In this document: piece after piece, positions 1 to 9,168 of the stretch
Position numbering within the stretch: the stretch's first letter is position 1
Layout: the number at the start of each line of letters is the position of its first letter
Notes under the pieces: model-generated
Told to the model about the DNA's origin: nothing
The model's database searches: none
Seen by the model: the letters and a program-made list of their open reading frames with translations, nothing else
Sequence record: PP763257.1
Strand: one strand, 5' to 3'
Length of the DNA: 64,000 nt
From: Acinetobacter phage Ab5
Position numbers and translations under genes: made by a program

Positions 1-116
1 AAAAATAAATACAACTACTTTAGTGTAAAATAATTTAATAAAATTAAAATTAATTTAAATTATTTTTAATTAGTTACAATTACATAAAAATAAACTTAAT
101 TATTGACACCTTATTA

Positions 117-144
117 TTGACTTTACCCTACTTTAGTGTATATT
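117..144 (+). promoter_or_regulatory. sigma70-like promoter candidate TTGACT-16-TATATT
   Basis: TTGACT at 117..122 and TATATT at 139..144, overlapping the first iteron. Confidence 0.3.
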
Positions 145-200
145 AGTGTTGGTATTAGTGTTAGTACTAGTTGTAACACTAGTGTTATTGTAGTGATAGG
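128..200. repeat. Iteron-like array of TAGTGT(T) repeats spaced about 10 bp apart (ctacTTTAGTGTa, atTAGTGTt x2, cTAGTGTt, gTAGTGAt). It contains two ACTAGT palindromes, including the perfect 12-bp AACACTAGTGTT. CTACTTTAGTGTA also occurs at 16..28.
   Basis: Direct reading of sequence 128..200. Repeats are helically phased in a non-coding AT-rich leader. Confidence 0.5.
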
Positions 201-459
201 CATGATCTAAGAGCTACAATTAAGCACAAACTATGTTGTTCTTCTTTGTTATTTAGTGTATTGTGTTATAATGAACGAAGTGATATGATGTTTGGTGTTG
301 ATGTGTTGTTGTTTGCTCCTGATCAAAGATCAGCTTGATACGAGCATTAGATCATTCTTTGTTGTGTTGTAGGATATTCCTAATGTTGAAAACAAAATGC
401 CGTTGCTTTTGACCCATAGGGGTATCCTTAGTTAAATTGTTGCTTTACTGGAGTATTAT

Positions 460-669
460 ATGTTGTTATTTAAGTTATTTATTATAGGATCATTAGTTTG
501 TGTATTCTTAACCTTTTTCTTTATGGTGATTGGTGTTTGTTATGATTTTAACCAACCTAAGTGGATTGAAAAGATTATAGATTATTTATCAATCTTTACA
601 TTATTTTTGTGTTTAGTGTGGTTGTTAATCATATTTGTTGGTTTAAGTATTTCAGTATTGACAGCTTAG
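460..669 (+). CDS. hypothetical small hydrophobic (membrane) protein
   Basis: ORF track. Two predicted TM stretches. No clear RBS. Confidence 0.3.
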   Translation: MLLFKLFIIGSLVCVFLTFFFMVIGVCYDFNQPKWIEKIIDYLSIFTLFLCLVWLLIIFVGLSISVLTA

Positions 670-1118
670 TAGACTATAATTATTAAAATCTCTAAGGCTT
701 ACTCTCGCGTGAGCCTGTGAGAGAAATTTTTGGGGAATTTTGCAAAAATAATTTAGAAATATACACAATGAATTATTTTACCACTCTGAAATTAAAAATA
801 ATAATTTATCTTTTAGTATAATCACTTTACAAAAATAGTAATTATTTTCTGTTACATTCTTGACTTCTTTTTCTTGTTGTGTTATTTACACGCGTTTTTC
901 ATTTATAAATAAAGAAAAGACCTGCACGGCGCTCTAATACGTCTTTAAGCGTGTGTTTTGATATGTTTCACTACGTTCAACCGTATGTGTATGTTAGCTT
1001 TAGGGGTGTTTTGAGATAAGGATCATCTTTATTAGAATAAATATTGTAATGTTTTAATGATTAACTCATTGTTTTATAAGAATTAGATAAAAAATATAAA
1101 AATAATTTAAAATAGTTG

Positions 1119-1147
1119 TTGACACATTAGAGAGAAATTGTTTTAAT
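1119..1147 (+). promoter_or_regulatory. sigma70-like promoter candidate TTGACA-17-TTTAAT for the early + strand operon
   Basis: TTGACA at 1119..1124. It lies 67 nt upstream of the first early ORF. Confidence 0.35.
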
Positions 1148-1158
1148 AGCTTCATACC

Positions 1159-1174
1159 GAACGAGATGTCGTTC
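1159..1174 (+). promoter_or_regulatory. 5' leader hairpin GAACGA-gatg-TCGTTC
   Basis: Perfect 6-bp inverted repeat between the promoter candidate and the 1214 start. Confidence 0.3.
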
Positions 1175-1213
1175 AACCAAGCAATAACGCTTAAACATAG
1201 AAGGTAGAACATC

Positions 1214-1531
1214 ATGGAATACAAAATCTCTCAATCAGTTAAACAACATGTTAATGCTGCTAAATTGATTCAAAAGGCTGCTAAATTAGGAATGAATTTA
1301 GATGGTTATGGTTTCTTAGATTATAACTCAACTTATGGTAACACATACTTGTGGTTAGAAGACTATATGTTCACACTATATATTAGTGATTTTGATAACA
1401 CAATTAAAGCATTATACACTTGTAGTTATGATGGTGAAGAGTGGGAGCGTAATGCTGGAACATCATTAGATAAGCTTGAAGCTTGGGCATTACGTTGTTA
1501 CAAGAAATCTGAAAAGAAAGAAGGTAAATAA
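1214..1531 (+). CDS. hypothetical early protein
   Basis: ORF with RBS-like AGAAGG upstream. TAATG overlap with the next ORF. Confidence 0.5.
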   Translation: MEYKISQSVKQHVNAAKLIQKAAKLGMNLDGYGFLDYNSTYGNTYLWLEDYMFTLYISDFDNTIKALYTCSYDGEEWERNAGTSLDKLEAWALRCYKKSEKKEGK

Positions 1532-1782
1532 TGAGTATTAAGTATACTGTGTGTAAAAACAAAATGAATGATCATCAATATATTGTTTTTAAATACAAGG
1601 GTATTTATTACAAAGCGTTGCAGTTTAGCGATTTGGATTTGTGGTTGTGGGTGGATAAATCAGCTTTTTCTGGTGAATGTTATAACCTACAACTATTAAA
1701 AACCTTTAAAAATGATCAAGTGTGCACATTTGATGAAATATATAAAACTGTTTTAGAGTGGTTAACTAATGAAACAACGTAA
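1531..1782 (+). CDS. hypothetical early protein
   Basis: ORF track. Translationally coupled start. Confidence 0.5.
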   Translation: MSIKYTVCKNKMNDHQYIVFKYKGIYYKALQFSDLDLWLWVDKSAFSGECYNLQLLKTFKNDQVCTFDEIYKTVLEWLTNETT

Positions 1783-1957
1783 ATATACATACCTTAGAGT
1801 ATTACAACAAAATATCGGTTACGGGTTTGAGGATGTTGATTGTTTTGATCTTCATAACTCAACTGTACAAGAACGTAAACAACGGTTGAAAGAGTATAGA
1901 GAGAATCAACCACAAGCCAATTATCGTTGGGTAGATAGACGGGAGTTAAACAAATGA
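1769..1957 (+). CDS. hypothetical early protein
   Basis: ORF track. Overlaps neighbours in operon style. Confidence 0.45.
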   Translation: MKQRKYTYLRVLQQNIGYGFEDVDCFDLHNSTVQERKQRLKEYRENQPQANYRWVDRRELNK

Positions 1958-2268
1958 ATATCAATCAAAAGCAATTAGCAATCTCACAAGGTTATCAAGT
2001 ATTGAGTTTTGATGAGATGAAAAAGAAACTTAATGAATTAGGTTATGATATTACTAAACAATACGTAAAATCGTGGCGATGTGCTAATGTGTGGAATGGT
2101 TTAATGTATTATATAACTGGTTGTTTTTTCTTAGGTACAAGTATTTGTTTTGCTAATGTTGCAGGCAATGAAATTAGAAACTCAATCTCTAAAGAAAAGC
2201 AAGATGCCTTTAGAGAATTGAGAATTAATACGTATTTCACAATTGGTAACGATTTATATTGTATTTAA
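1954..2268 (+). CDS. hypothetical early protein
   Basis: ATGA overlap with the upstream ORF. Confidence 0.5.
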   Translation: MNINQKQLAISQGYQVLSFDEMKKKLNELGYDITKQYVKSWRCANVWNGLMYYITGCFFLGTSICFANVAGNEIRNSISKEKQDAFRELRINTYFTIGNDLYCI

Positions 2269-2283
2269 GGAGCTTAAAAAAAA

Positions 2284-2496
2284 ATGACTATCCGTGTACA
2301 TTGTTATGAAAATATACAGAATGACAGTAAGATGATGAAAATACACATTTACAAAAATGGCAACTTTGTTTCATCATCAAATAAGATGCCTTATTGTGAA
2401 CGTACAATTAAGTTATATGCTAGAGGGCATAAGGTTGTAGAGTTGATTAATGTTGCTAAGAGCAGAGATTTAAATGTTAAGGAAATTATGATATGA
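2284..2496 (+). CDS. hypothetical early protein
   Basis: RBS GGAG upstream. ATGA overlap downstream. Confidence 0.5.
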   Translation: MTIRVHCYENIQNDSKMMKIHIYKNGNFVSSSNKMPYCERTIKLYARGHKVVELINVAKSRDLNVKEIMI

Positions 2497-2798
2497 AGAT
2501 AACAAAAGATCATGCTTTATTCTATGCAAGTAAGAAAAGTAAAGTCTTTTCTTGTGATGTATCAATTCATAGTTTGATTAATTCGCAAATAGAGTTATCT
2601 AAAAACTTTATTGATAAACATAATGACTTAACAATCATTAGATCATTATATCAACGTTGTATTCGTAATGATCTTAACTTATATGCAGAATTCAGAAGGT
2701 TACTTGAGTCGAGCACTACAATACGACCAAATAGGGCTAGAATGTGTAAAAACATTCTAAAGGGGTTAAGAAAGAATAAATATTTAAAAAGAATGTGA
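2493..2798 (+). CDS. hypothetical early protein
   Basis: ATGA-coupled ORF. Confidence 0.5.
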   Translation: MKITKDHALFYASKKSKVFSCDVSIHSLINSQIELSKNFIDKHNDLTIIRSLYQRCIRNDLNLYAEFRRLLESSTTIRPNRARMCKNILKGLRKNKYLKRM

Positions 2799-2823
2799 GT
2801 GTAAAGCTTGCATTCTTTTTTGT
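2790..2823 (+). terminator. hairpin AGAATG...CATTCT followed by TTTTTTG
   Basis: 6-bp stem with a 15-nt loop then T-run, overlapping the stop of 2493..2798. Confidence 0.35.
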
Positions 2824-2847
2824 TGTCTGTATAATGAAAAATATAAA

Positions 2848-3063
2848 ATGATAGATAGGAATAATATCATGCATTTCCGTGAAGTTAACAACAAGCTTAA
2901 ACAACTAAAGTCAGAAGTTATGTGGTGCAGTAAAGCTTTATCTTTCGCTAATGTGTCTAATGAAGTTTATCAAGCTAAAGTTCGAGCATTCTTTCAAGCT
3001 CAAAAAGAGTTAGAGCTATTTCGTAATACAACATTAAAGGAGCTATCATCATGTACAGTTTAG
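2848..3063 (+). CDS. hypothetical early protein
   Basis: ORF track. Ends in TAG. Confidence 0.45.
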   Translation: MIDRNNIMHFREVNNKLKQLKSEVMWCSKALSFANVSNEVYQAKVRAFFQAQKELELFRNTTLKELSSCTV

Positions 3064-3186
3064 TTATTATGTTCTTTTTAAATAATGGTATGAAATATGA
3101 CACTACAATCGTTAAGTCTAACATGTCTAAAAAATCTTGTTTGCTGCTATCATCACAGTTAATGGAAAACTTACAAGGATCTAATT

Positions 3187-3399
3187 ATGAGCTTAAATGT
3201 GTACCTACAAAGGATGAGTAATATGTTATATTCTTTAATTCTTGTTTTAACCTTATCTGGAAATTCTAATGAAGTAGTTTTGAAGGAACAATTAACACAA
3301 GATGAATGCGTTGCTATAATGCAAGAATCAAGCTACAAATACAAAACAGATAAAACTGAAATAATTTGCCGTAACGATGAATTTACATTAGTTATTTAA
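3187..3399 (+). CDS. hypothetical early protein
   Basis: ORF track. RBS AGGATGAG-like. Confidence 0.45.
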   Translation: MSLNVYLQRMSNMLYSLILVLTLSGNSNEVVLKEQLTQDECVAIMQESSYKYKTDKTEIICRNDEFTLVI

Positions 3400-3415
3400 A
3401 ATTTCAACAACACAT

Positions 3416-3439
3416 AGCCCCTTGATTGGGGCTTTTTTA
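3416..3439 (+). terminator. rho-independent terminator AGCCCC-ttgatt-GGGGCT + TTTTTT
   Basis: GC-rich stem directly after the stop of 3187..3399, followed by a T6 run. Confidence 0.6.
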
Positions 3440-3889
3440 CATCTATATAAAACATATCTTAGAATACTTCTAATATCATTCATTATAACGCCGTATAGCA
3501 GCTTTATAGCAACGTTATAGAGTTTTAAGCTAGGGTAGTACCTTAACGTATTAAAGTGTCTGTAATAAGCTTAGAATGAGTAATAAAGACATGTTTAAAA
3601 TTCTCTTTATAGAATTTAATTTGTATTGTTTCTTTAATCTTATCTCAAAATTAAATATCAAATCTTTTTAGCTTAAGGGTATCTGTTAAGGAGCTTGTTT
3701 GTATGTTTGTAAATAAAGATATAAGAAATAATTTAAATCAAGTGTGGTGAATCTTTAAAGCTTTGTGGGGATATACCAGTGATCATAAAAAGAAAAGTAT
3801 TAATCTTTGAAGTGATATTACTCGATATTTTATAGGAAAAACCGATCGAAAAGACCTAGCCCTCGCTTGGTATTAAATGATAGAACATA

Positions 3890-4165
3890 TAAATAGTCAA
3901 ATTTCCAAACCCACTTCTACAATACCCCAATACATAAATAACAGAATTTTTAACACAGTATCATAGCAATCACACCTTCATTACTTTCAAAACAACTCTA
4001 CACCACACTATCAATCCTCCTTCAGAGATACCCTCCAAGATACTATCTTCAGAGATACTTTACCTCTAACACCTACCCCACCACAATTCCAAAAACACAC
4101 TTCCAAAAATTTTTCGGAAATTATTTTATGGAAAATTATCCACCTTTGAATTTATTTAAATGTGA
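3890..4165. other. G-depleted C+A-rich low-complexity non-coding tract between the convergent + early operon and the - operon. It contains a CAGAGATAC x2 repeat.
   Basis: Fewer than about 15 G in roughly 270 nt on the + strand. No ORF. Confidence 0.4.
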
Positions 4166-4522
4166 TCATATCTCTATCCTGTGGTTAGTTAGACTTGCAC
4201 CTTTTGAGATAACATCCTCTGAATTTTTACGATGATCTTCATATTGGTTGCCACCCTCAAGCACTTCCGTTCTTTCACGAGCTAGATATAGATCAACTTC
4301 CTCAAGCAACGCCTCATAGCGTCTTTTTGCCTCATCACCTAAAACAGAAGCTTCTTTCTGGATTTCCCAAGCTTTGTTATAATCATTTTTGCTATGAACA
4401 GGCTCATCTGGATCATCTACAAAGCAATTGCGGAAATCTTCAAATCGTTTGATAGACTCTCTGTGAACTTGAATCCAATGAACAAACATCATCCCAATCT
4501 TGGTTATCTTTTGATCATTCAT
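4166..4522 (-). CDS. hypothetical protein (last gene of leftward operon)
   Basis: ORF track. 8-nt overlap with the upstream gene. Confidence 0.5.
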   Translation of the reverse strand: MNDQKITKIGMMFVHWIQVHRESIKRFEDFRNCFVDDPDEPVHSKNDYNKAWEIQKEASVLGDEAKRRYEALLEEVDLYLARERTEVLEGGNQYEDHRKNSEDVISKGASLTNHRIEI

Positions 4523-4904
4523 TTGTATCCACCTTGAGCGCTTGCTCTAAATCCACAGTTAATATCTTGTGAATATCACTATTTGTTTCTCCAAGATAAA
4601 AATCACCAAAATCATCACCTGTGTAGTCTATTACCTCATTAATCTTTTCTTGCATAATTTCTATTTTCTTTTGCAGCTTCAGTATATTTATGCATTGTTG
4701 CATGTATAGGGTTTGTAGCTCCTCCACTTTCGCTTGCCGTGACTGTCGACCTTCTTGGAAGTAATATTCATAATCTGCTTTATTTTTCTCTATATCCCAT
4801 GTGACTAAATCTGCCTTTCTATTTTCACCAAGCGTAATCAATTCTTTAACCAAGATATCTTTGTGTTGTTGCAATGCTTCTTCAAATTCATCTATCTCAT
4901 TCAT
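4515..4904 (-). CDS. hypothetical protein. Shares a QAKVEELQ motif with 5099..5392.
   Basis: ORF track. Coupled overlaps. Confidence 0.5.
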   Translation of the reverse strand: MNEIDEFEEALQQHKDILVKELITLGENRKADLVTWDIEKNKADYEYYFQEGRQSRQAKVEELQTLYMQQCINILKLQKKIEIMQEKINEVIDYTGDDFGDFYLGETNSDIHKILTVDLEQALKVDTNE

Positions 4905-5118
4905 CTTTACTACCCTTCATCCACATTCTCTCCTCCAGTGAATCTTCCCAATTACCTTCGTATGATTTTATCCCAGTCGCACTAAAACTTGCAACCCAAG
5001 AATTACCACACGGTGTAGGTTTAGTAAACAATTTAACACTACCATCTTGACATGTTGCTATAGCGACAACCCGATCAGGAACATCAGACCAATCATATTT
5101 ACTCATTACATCCTCCAT
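4897..5118 (-). CDS. hypothetical protein
   Basis: ORF track. Coupled overlaps. Confidence 0.45.
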   Translation of the reverse strand: MEDVMSKYDWSDVPDRVVAIATCQDGSVKLFTKPTPCGNSWVASFSATGIKSYEGNWEDSLEERMWMKGSKDE

Positions 5119-5392
5119 TGAGCGTGTGCTCTATCTTCTCCCTAATAGATATAGAGTCACTCTCTTTAATCTGAAATGCGTCTAATCCATATCGTAAGAC
5201 TTCTTCTAATAACTTTTGTAACTCCTCTACTTTCGCTTGCTGCACTTTAAAAACTTCATATGCTCTACGAACAGTTCGATCTAAATACCTATTACCTTCT
5301 CTTCTAAATTGAGTTGTAATTATTTCATCATGTGTATTTTCATAACACACTTCGAATTCATCGAAATATTCCTTACTCACATTTACCTCCAA
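5099..5392 (-). CDS. hypothetical protein
   Basis: ORF track. Confidence 0.45.
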   Translation of the reverse strand: MEVNVSKEYFDEFEVCYENTHDEIITTQFRREGNRYLDRTVRRAYEVFKVQQAKVEELQKLLEEVLRYGLDAFQIKESDSISIREKIEHTLNGGCNE

Positions 5393-5744
5393 TAAATTCC
5401 TTCAACTCATCACACACCCAAGACTCAATCCAATATTGTTTTTCATGAGTAAAGTCTTTCCAATCGAAGTGTTCTTTTGTTAATAAAACACCAGCAACTT
5501 TTATATTAGTTTCACGATCAATAAAACCTTGTTCATAGTAATCATATAAAACATCACGTCTATTTTGTGTGTACATCTCATACTTACACTCAACAATCCG
5601 TTTATCATGTTTTTTAATAATCAACTCAACTATTTCATCTATCTTTTCAGAAATATAACGATATACTTTAAACATCTCTTGGTATTCGTAAAAGAATGAA
5701 GTTGGTGTTACTTTTATATCATCATCCCAAAAATAATTATTCAT
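5373..5744 (-). CDS. hypothetical protein
   Basis: ORF track. Confidence 0.45.
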   Translation of the reverse strand: MNNYFWDDDIKVTPTSFFYEYQEMFKVYRYISEKIDEIVELIIKKHDKRIVECKYEMYTQNRRDVLYDYYEQGFIDRETNIKVAGVLLTKEHFDWKDFTHEKQYWIESWVCDELKEFIGGKCE

Positions 5745-5746
5745 AG

Positions 5747-6016
5747 TTACTCCTTATTTATAACAGGTTCTTGATCTGTACATGTACTCTTTCCACACGC
5801 ATGACTTGTTTCAATTGAATTGATATTCAAATCTTTTGGACATACCCAATATCTATCTCCTTTAAATAAATATTTAGTACAACCAATTGAGTTCACTTCT
5901 AGAACATATGGTGTTGTTTTTCCTCTATCTCTTCCATTTGATGATATACCAATTAACACGGAGAATGGTATTAATATCATCATAACTCCTATCATTACCA
6001 AATGCCACAACCTCAT
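5747..6016 (-). CDS. hypothetical membrane/secreted Cys-containing protein
   Basis: N-terminal hydrophobic segment (LVMIGVMMILIPFSVLIGI) and several Cys. Confidence 0.45.
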   Translation of the reverse strand: MRLWHLVMIGVMMILIPFSVLIGISSNGRDRGKTTPYVLEVNSIGCTKYLFKGDRYWVCPKDLNINSIETSHACGKSTCTDQEPVINKE

Positions 6017-6025
6017 TTTACTCTC

Positions 6026-6235
6026 CTAAATTTCTCTCTTCCACTTATCATAAAACTCTAACAATTCTGTTGTTGTATCAAACCACCCAACAAACACTGT
6101 TCTTATCACACCTTTATCATCAATTAAGATGTGTCCAGCATGAAATACTACATTGTATTCCAACATATAATAATGTGTAAGTTCTAAAGGTTTATCATCT
6201 TCAATTCTATGTATATTATTAAATACATAACTCAT
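6026..6235 (-). CDS. hypothetical protein
   Basis: ORF track. ATGA-type coupling chain 6026 to 7015. Confidence 0.45.
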   Translation of the reverse strand: MSYVFNNIHRIEDDKPLELTHYYMLEYNVVFHAGHILIDDKGVIRTVFVGWFDTTTELLEFYDKWKREI

Positions 6236-6420
6236 AATTTACCTTCAACATACAATGGTACTTGTTGAAAATCACAACGGACCACCTTTGTCGTAGTCTC
6301 ATGAAATTTCTTTTGTTTCATACAAACTTCTCTTGTTGCATATGTTAATTGATAATTTACTGATTTCTGATATTGTGTATCATACACTGTTAATACCCAT
6401 ACCGTCAACCACGTAATCAC
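6232..6420 (-). CDS. hypothetical protein
   Basis: ATGA coupling. Confidence 0.45.
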   Translation of the reverse strand: MITWLTVWVLTVYDTQYQKSVNYQLTYATREVCMKQKKFHETTTKVVRCDFQQVPLYVEGKL

Positions 6421-6626
6421 AATTCAATTACTCCTAGTTCTACATAATAATCAAAATAAGCTCTAACCTCACATTCGTAGAAACCATTGTCGATAATTAA
6501 ATCTTCAACCATTTCTTTTGTTGGTGTTACACCCTTCTTAAACTTCCCACAATAAGACTTATGATAATATACAGATACCTGTTGTGTCTTTTGCACTGTC
6601 GTTAAATCTTCGAATTTAATTATCAC
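6417..6626 (-). CDS. hypothetical protein
   Basis: ATGA coupling. Confidence 0.45.
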   Translation of the reverse strand: MIIKFEDLTTVQKTQQVSVYYHKSYCGKFKKGVTPTKEMVEDLIIDNGFYECEVRAYFDYYVELGVIEL

Positions 6627-7015
6627 AACCCTTCAACCTCCCAACTACCGTCATAATCATATGCTAAATGCATTTTTGAATATTGATCCGTATCCCGAAC
6701 TCTTGACCTATACCAAAATACCTCTTCCATACTCATTTTGCCAATACAATTTCCAACAAGAATTATACCATACAAACATCTACCAACAAAATACCTACCG
6801 AGTTCTTCGCTGAATGTATGACATGCAACCTTAACACCAAGTTTCATAAACTGATCATGGCGTGTTCTCTCATAACCATGTAACTCCAAATATTCTTGAA
6901 AACTATTAATTTGTTGATTATTATTAAATAATAAAACAAGTTCTAAACACTTACCATCTCTTGAAACATTTGTAAATTCTTCAAATTCAGACAACAAGTC
7001 ACTTAATGATTTCAT
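6623..7015 (-). CDS. hypothetical protein
   Basis: ATGA coupling. Confidence 0.45.
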   Translation of the reverse strand: MKSLSDLLSEFEEFTNVSRDGKCLELVLLFNNNQQINSFQEYLELHGYERTRHDQFMKLGVKVACHTFSEELGRYFVGRCLYGIILVGNCIGKMSMEEVFWYRSRVRDTDQYSKMHLAYDYDGSWEVEGL

Positions 7016-7251
7016 TACCTCATCTCCAATTTACCATTGTCATAAACAAAATCTGTCTTAACATTATACTTAATTGAAGAAATAATTGGAAGAGATAATT
7101 CTAACAATTTTGTATTCTTCTCAGCCCACAAACTTCGTGTATGATAATCACCTTTAATTGATGCAATTTCATTGTTAATACAACGAATATTTTCAATCAA
7201 TTCTTCAAGCAATAAACCTAAAGCTTGATCCTTTGTTAACACTTCACTCAT
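7015..7251 (-). CDS. hypothetical protein
   Basis: ORF track. Confidence 0.45.
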   Translation of the reverse strand: MSEVLTKDQALGLLLEELIENIRCINNEIASIKGDYHTRSLWAEKNTKLLELSLPIISSIKYNVKTDFVYDNGKLEMR

Positions 7252-7568
7252 TCCATTTTTCCATAAATATATTGTAAAGACTTTATCATCTCACCAAGTT
7301 CTTCTTTTGTCAAGATACCAACAAGATAATTACTCTCTTCATCAAGAGGGTTTCTACTAGTGAAATTAAATACGATGTCATCTTTATACTCACCAATTAG
7401 ATCATGCTCAATTAGATAATGCGGTTTAAAATCATCGGTCTCGTCCACAACCAACCTAATACTACAGTCAATCTCTCCATACTCATCAATATTAACATAA
7501 GCAAAAGCACCTTTCTCTTGACCAAGACCCTTCTGATCATCAGTTACTATTTTCATCATCTTCCTCAT
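7248..7568 (-). CDS. hypothetical protein
   Basis: ATGA coupling. Confidence 0.45.
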   Translation of the reverse strand: MRKMMKIVTDDQKGLGQEKGAFAYVNIDEYGEIDCSIRLVVDETDDFKPHYLIEHDLIGEYKDDIVFNFTSRNPLDEESNYLVGILTKEELGEMIKSLQYIYGKME

Positions 7569-7923
7569 TAGTAATTAGGAATATAAAATTATCATCAAGT
7601 ATTTTCGAAAACTCAGGATAAAGCTCCTCAAATGTCCCTATTTTAAAATCCTTCACACTACTTGGATAATTATTAACCTCCATCTTACCAAACACACCAC
7701 CATAAGTTTCAAGCTCTACTATCTCATCGCACTTAATACACTTCTTATATTTCCCACAATGACTGTGACACCAAAAATGTGAACAATCTTTTTTCTTAAC
7801 TAAGCATTCGACAGCTTCAGGACTTAAACCTTCAATTTCTTCATCATTGATGACACAAATAACTTCACTTGGTTTATATGTTTTAATCATTAGAACCAAC
7901 CCTTGATATCTCTCATATTCCAA
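7540..7923 (-). CDS. hypothetical Cys-rich zinc-finger-like protein (CSHFWCHSHCGKYKKCIKC)
   Basis: Cys/His cluster in the translation. Confidence 0.45.
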   Translation of the reverse strand: MEYERYQGLVLMIKTYKPSEVICVINDEEIEGLSPEAVECLVKKKDCSHFWCHSHCGKYKKCIKCDEIVELETYGGVFGKMEVNNYPSSVKDFKIGTFEELYPEFSKILDDNFIFLITNEEDDENSN

Positions 7924-8266
7924 AATTCCACCAATTCTTGACTTGTCTCAATTTCGGAGGTTCTGGAGGTGGAGGAATCTCGTTATCTACTTGGATAAAA
8001 TCAATTACCCCAACATCAATACAAACAACTCCATTGTTGGTGTATGGACAACTAACTGTTGCAATAACTCCACGAATAGATAGAGACGGAGCGAATAACC
8101 CCGTACCTGAAATATTCACATTATCTATTGTGAATTTATAAGGTAGCACTAAACCGCTATCAATATTAGCTTTACAAACTTCTATAATCTCTTCACAAAT
8201 AGCTTTGTGGTCTTTCCTATTTATACCAACTTTTGATTGATATAAATCATATAACGATTCCGACAT
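7913..8266 (-). CDS. hypothetical protein
   Basis: ORF track. Confidence 0.45.
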   Translation of the reverse strand: MSESLYDLYQSKVGINRKDHKAICEEIIEVCKANIDSGLVLPYKFTIDNVNISGTGLFAPSLSIRGVIATVSCPYTNNGVVCIDVGVIDFIQVDNEIPPPPEPPKLRQVKNWWNFGI

Positions 8267-8883
8267 TATTTTCTCTCCTTATACTTGTAAACACCTTTAG
8301 ATTTTAAGAATGCACCTATATCATTATACACACTTTTCTTGTCTTGACAACCAAGATTAAATACAGGAATGTCATATTTCATTGCTAACTTAATAGCTGT
8401 TGCTGTACCACCTTGAATATTACCGTTTGGTGTCCAACAAATTACAGCATCAACAGGTGATTCTAAATCCAAACCTAGAATTTGATGACAATTACGACTG
8501 TGCATTCCTCTAGACCACTCGTCACAATTATTCCAATGTGAATCACCCATTACACTTCTAGCTAACTCTTCAGACTTCTCTATTAAATCCTTGTTTCTAA
8601 CTTTAGCTAAGTGTTTATTTGGTAGTGGACTACGATCAATGTTCTTTTGCTCAGCAACATATACTTCAAAATAACTCTCATCAATCCACCCCAAATCTAA
8701 AGCTTTAGAATAAGCTTTTTGAGATACTCCATCCATACCAAGTTCACACAAACCTGAAGTGAATTGTACTTTTAACTGAGCAAGACGAAGGCAAACATTG
8801 TAACAAATTTTAATGTCACCTTCGTACTTTTTGTTTTTCTCAAGTTCACGACTACCAATTAAAGCAATACGCAATCTACTCAT
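8266..8883 (-). CDS. DprA/Smf-like Rossmann-fold (SLOG superfamily) protein
   Basis: IALIGSR...TSGLCELGMDGVSQKAY...ICWTPNGNIQGGTATAIKLAMKYDIPVF resembles the DprA core (VAIVGSR / SGlAxGID / VVEA..SGsLiTA). Judged from memory of the family. Confidence 0.4.
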   Translation of the reverse strand: MSRLRIALIGSRELEKNKKYEGDIKICYNVCLRLAQLKVQFTSGLCELGMDGVSQKAYSKALDLGWIDESYFEVYVAEQKNIDRSPLPNKHLAKVRNKDLIEKSEELARSVMGDSHWNNCDEWSRGMHSRNCHQILGLDLESPVDAVICWTPNGNIQGGTATAIKLAMKYDIPVFNLGCQDKKSVYNDIGAFLKSKGVYKYKERK

Positions 8884-8889
8884 ATAACA

Positions 8890-9168
8890 TCAATCTCCTT
8901 CAAAATAAACAGTACAATCTCTCATAGGTGCTAATCTATTGTATAATCGAAATACTTGATAACATAACTCTTTATCATAATCCCTACTTACAACACGTAA
9001 AGGAAAAATTTTACCAATGTTAAAATGACCAGTTGACTTTTCTAGCTCAAAATCTGTTAGATTGCATTCCGACAAAAGATCATTTAGGTTTTCAAATACT
9101 TTATCTCCGATAGTTTGATCTTTTATCAGTAAATAAAAATCTCTTTTTCTGTCAAGAAGATCAATCAT
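8890..9168 (-). CDS. hypothetical protein
   Basis: ORF track. Confidence 0.45.
   Translation of the reverse strand: MIDLLDRKRDFYLLIKDQTIGDKVFENLNDLLSECNLTDFELEKSTGHFNIGKIFPLRVVSRDYDKELCYQVFRLYNRLAPMRDCTVYFEGD

Noticed and set aside
7913-8266. dUTPase or dCTP-deaminase-like call for the 117-aa protein
   Set aside because: Only a weak resemblance (SIRGV, VGVIDFI) to dUTPase motifs II and III. It is too short, and motifs I, IV and V are not recognisable.
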